Assembly: GCF_000010625.1 (NCBI RefSeq)
Contig: NC_010296.1
Location: 5,040,001 to 5,072,000, forward strand
Direction: 5' to 3'
DNA: 32,000 bases
Source of the DNA: Microcystis aeruginosa NIES-843
Lineage (GTDB): Bacteria; Cyanobacteriota; Cyanobacteriia; Cyanobacteriales; Microcystaceae
Shown here: one piece after another, positions 23,691 through 32,000 of the stretch
How the letters are laid out: each line of letters starts with the position of its first letter
Position numbering within the stretch: the stretch's first letter is position 1
Position numbers and translations under genes: made by a program
The notes under the pieces: model-generated
Seen by the model: only the letters and a program-made list of their open reading frames with translations
Told to the model about the DNA's origin: nothing
Database searches by the model: none

Positions 23691-26600
23691 TTAGCGAGAA
23701 GTTTTCAGAGCTTGTTGACAGACAGGAAGTTCTTGTAAGTCTTGGGGGTGGGAGACAAAGTAATCTTTCAGCCAATGACATCCCCGGACGAGTAAAGCAT
23801 CTAGATCCTCGATCAGCCAAAGTCGAGCAGTTGCATCCATTGAGCCTGTAGCTAGATATTTCCCATCGGGACTAAAAGCTACACTTTTGACACCTTCCTG
23901 ATGTCCCTTGAATTCTGCGAGGATATTGCCTTGCAGATCCCATAAACGAGCCGTGTTATCCCATGAGCCAGTAGCTAGATATTTTCCATCAGGACTGAAG
24001 GCGACACTACTGACACCTTCCTGATGTCCCTTGAACTTGGTTAGTAAATTTCCCTTGAGATCCCAAAGACGCGCCGTATTATCGCCTGAGCCAGTAGCTA
24101 GATATTTTCCATCAGGACTGAAGGCGACACTACTGACACCCTGCTGATGTCCCTTGAACTTGGTTAGTAAATTTCCCTTGAGATCCCAAAGACGCGCCGT
24201 ATTATCGCCTGAGCCAGTAGCTAGATATTTTCCATCAGGACTGAAGGCGACACTACTGACACCCTGCTGATGTCCCTTGAACTGTGCCAGTAAATTTCCT
24301 TTGAGATCCCATAAACGAGCAGTATTATCCTGTGAACCTGTAGCGAGATATTGATCGTCAGGACTGAAGGCTATAGTATTAATGTCTAAATTTTTCCTAT
24401 GTCCTTTAAACTCTATTAGCAGCTTGCCTTGTAGATTCCAAAGTCTTGCAATTCCATCTTCTGAACCCGTAGCTAGATATTGACTATTAGGACTAAAAGC
24501 TACACTAGCATCAAAATCTGCAACAGTAGCACCAAATTTAAGGTCACGTTTACCCAAATTTACAAGCAATTTTCCTTGTAAATCCCATATCTGAGCGATT
24601 GCAGATCTTTTTGGTCCCGTAGCCAAGTATTTGCCATTAGGACTAAAGGAGACAGAAGAAATATGATGTATACTACAATAAATAGCTTGGAAAGCAATTG
24701 ATTCTGTCGATTCATAGCAATCTTTGGCAATGTCAATCAGAACATTACTGGCTATACAAGGTTGTATTCTTTCGTTATCTTTTAGACAACTCAACTGCGT
24801 GATCAAATCTTTCGGTAAATCCCAAACAAAAAGAGTATCATTTTTATCAATTACTCCTGTTGATGCTATCGACATGAGATATTGTCCATCAGGACTAAAC
24901 TCTAAACGTTTTCCCTGATCAAAGTGTACTTTAAACTGTATAATTAAGTTTCCTTTCAGATTCCAGAGCCGAACGGCACCATAATAATCAAGCGTCGCTA
25001 GATATTTGCCATCAGGACTAAAAGATACGTCTATAACCCCTCTTTGATGCCCATTTAATTCTGTAATTACATTTCTTTTGATATCCCAGAGTTCTGCTTC
25101 AAATGACCGTGTAACCAAATATTTACTATCAGGACTGAATACAATTCTTTTGTTTTTTTTGAACTCTTTCACTAAATTTCCTTTAATATCCCAAAGACGC
25201 GCCGTATCATTCTCATCCTCTGATCCAGTGGCTAGATATTTTCCATTGGGACTAAAAGCTACACTTTCGACATCCTCATCCTTCTGGTGTCCCTTGAATT
25301 CGGTCAGTAAATTTCCTTTAAGATCCCAAAGACGAAGCGTATTATCCTTTGAACCCGTAGCGAGGTATTTACCATCGGGACTAAAATTCACACTTACGAC
25401 ATTATTTTGATGTCCCTTCAATTCTGCAATTAAATTACCATTGAGATCCCACAGTCGAGCCGTATCATCCATTGAACCCGTGGCGAGATATTTCCCATCG
25501 GGACTAAAAGCTACTGTTTCTACATCCCCTTGATGTCCCTTAAACTCTTTCAGTAAATTTCCTTTAAGATCCCACAGCCGAGCCGTATCATCCTCTGATC
25601 CAGTGACAAGATATTTCCCATCGGGACTAAAAGCTACTGTTTCTACATCCTCTTGATGTCCCTTGAACTCGGTCAGTAAATTTCCTTTGAGATCCCAAAG
25701 ATGTATAGCTCCATCTTTTGATTCGGTAACAATATATTGACCGTTAGGACTTAAAGTTATAATTTTAGCTTGAAAAACAAGACGGTTTCTTTCTTGTATT
25801 TCATTAATAATAGTACGTATGGTGAGCAAAAAACCAGGGGCAGAATATTCATTTTTAAAACCAGATTTAGCCACATTTTGCAACTCTTGCCCTATTTCTA
25901 ACGCCTCTATCAATAAACTGATCTGTCCCTCATTTCCATTCTCAAAACGCCGAGATATATTAATCCCTCTTTGCTCCAACTGTGTCAGCTTAATAGTCAA
26001 TTGTTGTGCTTGTTCTGCCTTTTGTAAATTTCTATTCACCTCCTCTAACCTTTGACGATTAACTTGAAGACTTCCTTTAATTTCTTGTAACTCACCTTGA
26101 CTTTTCCGCGTTCTCGATTCTGCCTCTAACTTTTGTGCCAAGATGATTTGACGTTCCCGTTCTAAAATAGTTTTTTGCCTCTGAAATTGTGTAACTTGTT
26201 GTTGAGCTTGATTCCTAGCCGTTTCTAGCCGCTTTAGATTACCTTGAGCAACAGCCAATCGCTGTCTCGCATTCAACTCAATTTGGCGGCGTTCTGCGCT
26301 CACTTGTGATAGCCTGTCATTAGCTCTAATAACTTCCTGTCCGATTTTATCTCGTTCTTTTTTTATATTAGTTAAAGCTTGCATTGATTGATTTGCCTCT
26401 TGAGATGCTCTTTCAGCTTTAGTTGTTTGAATAATCGCAAAAACTAATGTTCCCGCTATGATCAATGCACTGGCAATGATCGAGCCTGTTAAAGCTTTTT
26501 GAGCTTTCTTTTTTGCTTTCTCTAGAATTTTTTTCGCTTCTCTTTCTGCCTCAATTTTCTGAGCGGAGTCTTTATCCTTTTGGGCTAATTTACTATCTCG

Positions 26601-27848
26601 GATAAACTCTTCATCCTCTCGGGTTAGAAATTTTCCCTCTCTCCAAATATCCGCCCGTGCTGTTTCAGTCTCGTCCAGCAAGTAAACATTATTTTTCTCC
26701 GAAGCAAGCCAAGCATTCAAAGCAACAGCATAAGGGCGTAAATTATCTAACTGTTTTTGTACCCATTCGAGGGAGAAAACCTCTCGATAAATAGGATTAA
26801 AAATCTCTAAATCGGCATTTCTCTTAACAACTAAACCAGATAAGCGTAACTCCGATTCTAACTGATTTCCCTCTGTCGTAAAATAACCATTTTGTAGAAT
26901 ATGGCGATAAATTTCCAACAATTTTCCAGTCAATATTTCCTTTGCCAATAATCGAGTTTTTATGTATTTTAAATGGAGAGGATCATCTTGCGCTTCCCAG
27001 TTACGGATGATTGATGAGTAGATAAATTCCTCGATAAAAGACTTTTCTTGACCTTCCCCAATCCTAACCTGAGATTCAACCAACAAAGCACAAACTTTTT
27101 GTGTTAAAAAAGGTTGTCCTCCCGTCCAAAATAAAATCTCCCTCAAGACTTCTTCAGGAACATTCGCCACGTCCTGTAGTCCTTGCGCTAAAACTAAACT
27201 TTCATTAAATTCAAACCCTCTTAGCTCAATAGCTCGACCAATATTAAACGGACTCTGTAAAGGATTTTGAATTAAATCATTCGGTGTTGCTACTCCTAAA
27301 AAACAAAATGTTAAACGATTAAATTCATCGTACTCTGCCCGCTTTTCATGAAAAGCACGAATCAAACCAAAAAAATTATCCCTAAAAGATAACTCTAGAA
27401 TTTTATCAATTTCATCAATAAAAATAACCAAATTAGAAGATGTTAATGGCAATAAAACTTCCACAATAAAGTCCGAAAAAGAGCTAACAGATCCTTGTCC
27501 AGAAAACCTTGACCAGCATTCATCAAAATTAGCCTGTTTCTGCAAATTTAAACCGCGAAATATTTTTTTAGACAACCCGCGATACCATTGATTTTCAGAA
27601 CTAGATTGGCTAACGCCCATTTCCTGAAGCGACAAATAAACACATTGATTTTCCTGGGCATTAGTAGCTTCTAGACGGATTTTTACTTGAGCCTGAAGAG
27701 ATGACTTTCCCATCTGACGACAGTTAAAAACATAACAAAAATAATTTTGTTTTAACAGTTCATATAACTGACCATCCGCAAAACGCTTAACATAGCTCGG
27801 CGTATGGGCATGGAGTTTGCCTCCATATTTATAGAAATTGTTAATCAT
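23691..27848 (-). CDS. AAA_35/STAND-like NTPase - TM helix - coiled coil - ~15 WD40 repeats (1385 aa)
   Basis: Walker A is NCRQMGKSSL, Walker B is LVIFIDEIDKI, and the STAND-type motif is TGGQPFLTQ. A hydrophobic helix LTGSIIASALIIAGTLVFAIIQT lies at aa ~453-474 (nt 26427-26492). A ~200-aa Q/E/R/L-rich coiled coil follows. Then come ~15 units of the form GH-x-x-V-x-SVAFSPDGKYLATGS-x-D-x-TARLWDL (nt ~23810-25750), with a ~45-aa insert between blades 8 and 9. Confidence 0.85.
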   Translation of the reverse strand: MINNFYKYGGKLHAHTPSYVKRFADGQLYELLKQNYFCYVFNCRQMGKSSLQAQVKIRLEATNAQENQCVYLSLQEMGVSQSSSENQWYRGLSKKIFRGLNLQKQANFDECWSRFSGQGSVSSFSDFIVEVLLPLTSSNLVIFIDEIDKILELSFRDNFFGLIRAFHEKRAEYDEFNRLTFCFLGVATPNDLIQNPLQSPFNIGRAIELRGFEFNESLVLAQGLQDVANVPEEVLREILFWTGGQPFLTQKVCALLVESQVRIGEGQEKSFIEEFIYSSIIRNWEAQDDPLHLKYIKTRLLAKEILTGKLLEIYRHILQNGYFTTEGNQLESELRLSGLVVKRNADLEIFNPIYREVFSLEWVQKQLDNLRPYAVALNAWLASEKNNVYLLDETETARADIWREGKFLTREDEEFIRDSKLAQKDKDSAQKIEAEREAKKILEKAKKKAQKALTGSIIASALIIAGTLVFAIIQTTKAERASQEANQSMQALTNIKKERDKIGQEVIRANDRLSQVSAERRQIELNARQRLAVAQGNLKRLETARNQAQQQVTQFQRQKTILERERQIILAQKLEAESRTRKSQGELQEIKGSLQVNRQRLEEVNRNLQKAEQAQQLTIKLTQLEQRGINISRRFENGNEGQISLLIEALEIGQELQNVAKSGFKNEYSAPGFLLTIRTIINEIQERNRLVFQAKIITLSPNGQYIVTESKDGAIHLWDLKGNLLTEFKGHQEDVETVAFSPDGKYLVTGSEDDTARLWDLKGNLLKEFKGHQGDVETVAFSPDGKYLATGSMDDTARLWDLNGNLIAELKGHQNNVVSVNFSPDGKYLATGSKDNTLRLWDLKGNLLTEFKGHQKDEDVESVAFSPNGKYLATGSEDENDTARLWDIKGNLVKEFKKNKRIVFSPDSKYLVTRSFEAELWDIKRNVITELNGHQRGVIDVSFSPDGKYLATLDYYGAVRLWNLKGNLIIQFKVHFDQGKRLEFSPDGQYLMSIASTGVIDKNDTLFVWDLPKDLITQLSCLKDNERIQPCIASNVLIDIAKDCYESTESIAFQAIYCSIHHISSVSFSPNGKYLATGPKRSAIAQIWDLQGKLLVNLGKRDLKFGATVADFDASVAFSPNSQYLATGSEDGIARLWNLQGKLLIEFKGHRKNLDINTIAFSPDDQYLATGSQDNTARLWDLKGNLLAQFKGHQQGVSSVAFSPDGKYLATGSGDNTARLWDLKGNLLTKFKGHQQGVSSVAFSPDGKYLATGSGDNTARLWDLKGNLLTKFKGHQEGVSSVAFSPDGKYLATGSWDNTARLWDLQGNILAEFKGHQEGVKSVAFSPDGKYLATGSMDATARLWLIEDLDALLVRGCHWLKDYFVSHPQDLQELPVCQQALKTSR
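23964..24332 (-). repeat. Three tandem 123-bp WD40-encoding units with very high nucleotide identity
   Basis: Units start at 23964, 24087 and 24210. Units 1 and 2 differ at 2 of 123 nt (CACCTTCCTG vs CACCCTGCTG). Units 2 and 3 are identical over the first ~74 nt. Confidence 0.9.
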
Positions 27849-27897
27849 TGTTGATCACCTATAGATTTGAACCTAATTACTAAAAAATAATGGCAAT

Positions 27898-29313
27898 TTA
27901 AAGGTGTAAATATCTGGCAAAATATTCACGGTATAAGCGACAGCCTATCTCAACACCATCTTTTGTTCTTGATACTAATCCCAAGCTATACAACTCAAAA
28001 GTTTCTATTGGATTTAATACGACAGGTCGATTGCTTTCAATGACTTTTTTGAGACATTCCTTGAGACCATATTGACAAATGCTCCTATAAAGACGAGAGA
28101 GATACTCATGATAAATTCCTACCTCTGTTGCCGCCTCCGCTAAGATAGTCTCTAGTGTTTTTTCTTCTTTGCTTAGGGAGTACATAGCTTGGCGAATCAA
28201 ATAGGGATGTCCTCCAATCATTTCTTGCAAGGCTTCTAGTTGTGTCTCTGTCAATCTGAGACTATGTTTTTGAGATAAATTTAAAACTTCCCGATGATTA
28301 AACTCTCTCAACTCTTGTCCTTTACCTACGTTTGCTAGAGGAGATCCAGCCAAGCTCTTGATTACATAATCATCTGTAGAATAGGCTAAAATCAGCACTA
28401 ACTTTCGCCACAACTGATTGGTTACGCCTTTTTCATGCCATGCTCGTAATTTTTCCAAGAAATCTGTCAACGCTGGATCCTCACAAACACAGAGCAAATT
28501 ATCTAAGCCAAGAAATATTGGTTTATCAATTTTGCTAAGGATAAAATCTTCAAGAAACTCATCACAAGCGTCGGAAGCAAAAGACTCTTTATCCCATTGT
28601 GACCTGAGATTTTCACGAATATCAAGTCCGATTTGACGACCGATTTGCTTACATAGCCATGGATAAAAAACATCTGGAGTTAGGATCTCGCGGTCAGTAT
28701 TTAGGTCTAAATAGACGGCCTTGCCTTGACCATTTTTAACCATTGTATTGTTTAACAAGCCTTTTATTAACGATGTCTTCCCCATCCGACTCGGTGCTTT
28801 TAGGCGTAGCAAGATAGCTTGCTCTCCAGCATTATTTAAATAAGTATGACAATTTTGCTCAATAGGAGAACGTTCTTGATAGTAAAGTGAATCAGTGGCA
28901 ACAGTACCACTGGGCAGAGGAATATTTAATTCGTACTGCTCTAGTGTGTCCACAGTTACAAAATCAGGGATATACCTGACACAATTGTTAACAACCTGTC
29001 GTAAATCATCTGTTAAATTTCCCGTTGATTCAACGCCAAAAGTATTGCAAATTCCCCGTAAATGATGGGCTAGTAAGGATTGTTCCGTTAACTGGCCGGC
29101 TTCAAGCATCTCCAACCGTTCTCGTTGTCGTGGTTGCAAGTTTTCTCGATTTCTTTCAGTCAATACCTCACGATCAAGCCAAACCGTCTTATCTCCACGA
29201 ATTGACTGATATGACTTCCCCCGCAGGAGACGACGCAAAATTCGTTTTTGAATAGGCGTTAGTTGCTCATGATAAATATTGTCAAACGCTTCTGGTGTTA
29301 ATCGTAGTGGCAT
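27898..29313 (-). CDS. AAA_35/STAND-like NTPase paralog with an N-terminal LuxR/sigma-r4-like HTH (471 aa), no repeat domain
   Basis: Walker A is KAPSRMGKTSLIKGLL. The Walker B-like motif is PIFLGLDNLLCV (Asp-Asn instead of Asp-Glu). GGHPYLIRQ and LRAWHEKG align with GGQPFLTQ and IRAFHEKR of the neighbour. The N-terminus has LTPIQKRILRRLLRGKSYQSI ... LLAHHLRGICNTFGV, which is HTH-like with an insert. Confidence 0.75.
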   Translation of the reverse strand: MPLRLTPEAFDNIYHEQLTPIQKRILRRLLRGKSYQSIRGDKTVWLDREVLTERNRENLQPRQRERLEMLEAGQLTEQSLLAHHLRGICNTFGVESTGNLTDDLRQVVNNCVRYIPDFVTVDTLEQYELNIPLPSGTVATDSLYYQERSPIEQNCHTYLNNAGEQAILLRLKAPSRMGKTSLIKGLLNNTMVKNGQGKAVYLDLNTDREILTPDVFYPWLCKQIGRQIGLDIRENLRSQWDKESFASDACDEFLEDFILSKIDKPIFLGLDNLLCVCEDPALTDFLEKLRAWHEKGVTNQLWRKLVLILAYSTDDYVIKSLAGSPLANVGKGQELREFNHREVLNLSQKHSLRLTETQLEALQEMIGGHPYLIRQAMYSLSKEEKTLETILAEAATEVGIYHEYLSRLYRSICQYGLKECLKKVIESNRPVVLNPIETFELYSLGLVSRTKDGVEIGCRLYREYFARYLHL

Positions 29314-29689
29314 TTTAGGATTTCTCCTGAGTAAGCTTCTCTCAACATTCTAAGTAATGCCTGCCGATCTGCAACAGCCAAGTAATTATACTCAGGGTAA
29401 AACCTCTAGGATCTCAGGCAACTCATCCAGTCTAACGATAGGATATAGGTCAAGACGTTTTTCTTTAACAGTTTGAAATTTTAGTTGAAAAATTTCTTTT
29501 ATTATGCCTTGTCCTTGAATTTTTTTTCAAGCTCCACTGTTGTCTTATCCCGACTGCCCAATTTTTCTTAAGCTTCAAGAGAGAATTTTATAAAATAAAT
29601 TATTTTTCTTTCTGATTGCTCAAGGTTCTCAAAACAAGCTGTAAGGTAAAAGTGTTAGGTCAAATCACCGATTCAATTGAGGACGAACA

Positions 29690-30112
29690 ATGGCTATTCA
29701 CTTATTACCCTTCGCTGCTAAATTAACAATGGGTGCTGTTACTGCTTATATCACTTTTAAAGGCTGTCAAGCTACTGCCAAAAAGATCAATGAGCTTTTA
29801 GACAAACGTTATCCTAACGTAAAATTTCGCCTTAATGCAACAATTGTTGATTGGAGTGTTAAGTTAATCCGCTCCACTGTTTCTTCAATGCTTGCTGAGG
29901 ATAAAAAAGGGGAAATCAAAAAACAGTTACAGGCTTTATCCATTGATGCCTGGGTCGAGCTTTTCCGTCGTATTATCAAAGATGCTTTCAATGGTGGTAA
30001 TGCACCCAATGGAACAGAATCTGAGGATCCCTCGGAAGAAGAACTCGTTATTGATATCATTGCCCAAACAGCCTATACCTGTTTGTTGGAAGAAGCTGTA
30101 GCCAATTCATAA
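29690..30112 (+). CDS. Hypothetical protein (140 aa) with a hydrophobic N-terminus and an acidic C-terminal half
   Basis: ORF only. It is divergent from the NTPase pair across a 376-bp AT-rich intergenic region. No family recognised. Confidence 0.4.
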   Translation: MAIHLLPFAAKLTMGAVTAYITFKGCQATAKKINELLDKRYPNVKFRLNATIVDWSVKLIRSTVSSMLAEDKKGEIKKQLQALSIDAWVELFRRIIKDAFNGGNAPNGTESEDPSEEELVIDIIAQTAYTCLLEEAVANS

Positions 30113-30228
30113 CTATAGTTGAAACCACTACTACCAGAGTAGAGGCAACAGGAAAGCATCAACTTTCACCTAATGACTTTAAGTCTTTAAATTATCCAAT
30201 CACTAACTAGACTATTGAGGATTAAATT

Positions 30229-30504
30229 ATGTCCTGGGATTATCTCAACCGCTGTCTTAAGCAAGAAGCTAAAGCCGTAGGTAAAGGCATTATCAAAGAT
30301 GTAACCCATATCAGCCATCTAGAAAACTGGGTAAAACACGTCGGTACACGGGCAGTTTGTAATGCTCTATCTTCTACTCTAGCTTATATGACGCAGCCAA
30401 TCACTCTAAGCGATCGTGCTTATATGTCGCCCCAAGAACGAGATCTGGCCTATAAGAAAATGCGTGAAGATTTTGAAGGCTACAAACGTCGTTTAGGCTG
30501 CTAA
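30229..30504 (+). CDS. Hypothetical protein (91 aa)
   Basis: ORF followed by a good intrinsic terminator. No family recognised. Confidence 0.4.
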   Translation: MSWDYLNRCLKQEAKAVGKGIIKDVTHISHLENWVKHVGTRAVCNALSSTLAYMTQPITLSDRAYMSPQERDLAYKKMREDFEGYKRRLGC

Positions 30505-30551
30505 TAGTCTAAATTTAGATCTCTTAACTGAAGTTTACTTAATAATTTTTG

Positions 30552-30578
30552 AGGCGCGTTTTTAACGTGCCTTTTTTC
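30552..30578 (+). terminator. Intrinsic terminator
   Basis: AGGCGCGUU-UUU-AACGUGCCU forms a 9-bp stem including one G-U pair, followed by UUUUUU. Confidence 0.75.
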
Positions 30579-30981
30579 AAAATTTTATTTAAACTTTGGC
30601 GATCATAATTGACATTAATTCCTTGCATTTTCACGAGTGCGCTTAGGTGTCTCATGCCAACGATACTTTTAGCCAGCACAAAACCTACCCAGCAGCACAT
30701 CAAGGTAAATGTACTTATGTAGGATAATCATTTTTGAGCAGTGGTTTGAGAAGCTCTTTCATTAGTTTTGGGAAAATTATAAGCCTAGCTTATTCACCCT
30801 TATTAGTGTATATTTAATTTATGTTTTTATCTATAAAAGCAACTTTTGTATAACTTTTTTTCACGTTTGAAGATTTACCGCTTGCCAAAACCTATTATAG
30901 CATTTATCTTAATGGTGAGGTACGAAGTTTTCCCCTTGTGGAGTCGGTCATCAATACCAAATTAGGTTACACTTCATCTCT

Positions 30982-31320
30982 ATGGGAAACGCTGTAAAAA
31001 TTATCGAGGTAGAAATTGAGGACTATAGCCTAAACACCAGCGATTCAAGCCCCTTTTCCACTGTTAACCCCCTTAACCCAGAGATTATGGATGCTTTTAG
31101 TCCCTTTCCCCCTGACTGGACAGAGAATGCTGTTCACGCCTACAATTTTTGTTGTCCTTACTGTGGGTCCAAAGCTAAAGAAGCTCAGGCCGTTTGGATC
31201 AATCGCCGCGCCCCTGTTTTAGGAGAAGATTCCCGTCGTAAATGGCAGGAATTCTATCATTGTCAATGCGATCGAGTTTGGTGGGCCTGGAGTAGCGATC
31301 GACCTGCGGAAAATAAGTAA
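30982..31320 (+). CDS. Conserved hypothetical zinc-ribbon-like protein
   Basis: CCPYCGS...HCQCD forms a four-Cys arrangement. The gene is 13 nt upstream of the phosphoribosyltransferase gene. Confidence 0.55.
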   Translation: MGNAVKIIEVEIEDYSLNTSDSSPFSTVNPLNPEIMDAFSPFPPDWTENAVHAYNFCCPYCGSKAKEAQAVWINRRAPVLGEDSRRKWQEFYHCQCDRVWWAWSSDRPAENK

Positions 31321-31333
31321 TTCTCAATCGGGA

Positions 31334-31837
31334 ATGGAAAATATGGCCGATGTCTATGTTTCTTGGGATGAATACCATCGTCTGATCGAAAAATTAGCAG
31401 TAAAAATCGATCATTCTGGTTGGCAATTTGCTCAGATTGTCTGTTTAGCTAAGGGAGGATTGCGCGTCGGTGACATTCTCTGTCGTCTTTTTCGTCAACC
31501 CCTAGCCATTCTCTACGCTGCTTCCTACGGGGGGCAAAATCATCAAATTCGGGGAGAATTAACTATTTCCTCGAATTTAGCCATGATCGAAGCCAAATTA
31601 AAGAGTCCCTTGTTATTAGTGGATGATTTAGTCGATTCGGGAATCACTCTCCAAAAAACCTCGATTTTGTTACGGGAAAAATACGGGATTACCAATATCA
31701 AAACTGCGGTGATCTGGTACAAAGCGGCATCAAGAATCAAACCTGACTATTATGTGGAATATTACCCCGATAATCCTTGGATTCATCAACCCTTCGAGCG
31801 TTACGAGTTAATTACACCCAAAGACCTCCTAAGCTAA
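31334..31837 (+). CDS. Phosphoribosyltransferase, xanthine-guanine PRT (Gpt)-like
   Basis: VSWDEYHRLIEKLAVKI, CLAKGGLRVG, the PRPP-binding loop LLLVDDLVDSGITL and a terminal PWIHQPFE parallel E. coli Gpt as I recall it. Confidence 0.8.
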   Translation: MENMADVYVSWDEYHRLIEKLAVKIDHSGWQFAQIVCLAKGGLRVGDILCRLFRQPLAILYAASYGGQNHQIRGELTISSNLAMIEAKLKSPLLLVDDLVDSGITLQKTSILLREKYGITNIKTAVIWYKAASRIKPDYYVEYYPDNPWIHQPFERYELITPKDLLS

Positions 31838-31882
31838 GACGTATTTAAACCGCTTATTCTTAGATTAGCCAAAGCTGAAAAA

Positions 31883-31954
31883 GTAGAGGCGAAGCATTCG
31901 GATAAAAAATCTACGGTTTCAGCAATAGGTTATGCCCGAATGCTTCGCCCCTAC
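31883..31954. repeat. Hairpin / MITE-like inverted repeat downstream of the PRT gene
   Basis: GTAGAGGCGAAGCATTCGG (31883-31901) pairs with CCCGAATGCTTCGCCCCTAC (31935-31954), about 18/20 complementary with a 33-nt spacer. It may also act as a terminator. Confidence 0.7.
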
Positions 31955-32000
31955 AGTAGGCGATCGCCGCTCAAGATGCAAGGTTTTTGAGCCACTAGCT

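Noticed and set aside
23591-23851. Overlapping ORFs at the 3' end of the WD40 gene
   Set aside because: They overlap the terminal WD40 gene codons and the intergenic region, with no RBS or motif.
23810-25750. Regular ~123-bp periodic repeats that could suggest a CRISPR-like or satellite array
   Set aside because: The period is a multiple of 3, the whole stretch is one continuous ORF, and each unit translates to a canonical WD40 blade. There is no repeat/spacer structure.

Overview
This is a cyanobacterial chromosomal window. HIP1 octamers (GCGATCGC) recur every few hundred bp. The TCAGTNA heptamer microsatellites and GGCAAAAG-type repeats look like Microcystis-type genomes, but that taxon call is tentative. 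All domain calls come from motif recognition by eye on the supplied translations. No HMM or BLAST search was run.

Layout:
- 1-13.1 kb: an accessory conflict-type island. It holds a partial CHAT protease, a lambda-R-like GH104 muramidase, a secreted SH3b protein, an orphan toxin-like tail with an immunity-like ORF, vapBC, and a translationally coupled sigma-70-like/DUF1822 pair. It also holds a stand-alone divergent secretin-like protein, an 8-TM patatin phospholipase fusion and a thermonuclease remnant.
- 13.1-16.4 kb: a mobile-element scar zone. It contains hairpin MITE-like repeats, an IS5-type element whose transposase carries two in-frame stops, and a solo TnpB.
- 16.4-22.7 kb: mostly conserved cyanobacterial genes (HTTM/DCC fusion, DUF760, GuaB3, LRAT-like, EamA), plus an ISL3 remnant.
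- 22.8-30.5 kb: a second accessory block. Two tandem AAA_35/STAND-like NTPases sit here. One is 1385 aa with a TM helix, a coiled coil and about 15 WD40 blades, some encoded by near-identical 123-bp units. The block also has a Cys/His-tailed protein and two small unknown ORFs.
- 31-32 kb: housekeeping (Gpt-like phosphoribosyltransferase).

No rRNA, tRNA or CRISPR array was seen by eye.

The strongest lead is a bipartite noncoding element duplicated in two divergent intergenic regions. It links CHAT, the muramidase, the sigma-like/DUF1822 operon and the secretin-like gene into one putative regulon. The second lead is the paired STAND-like NTPase locus.
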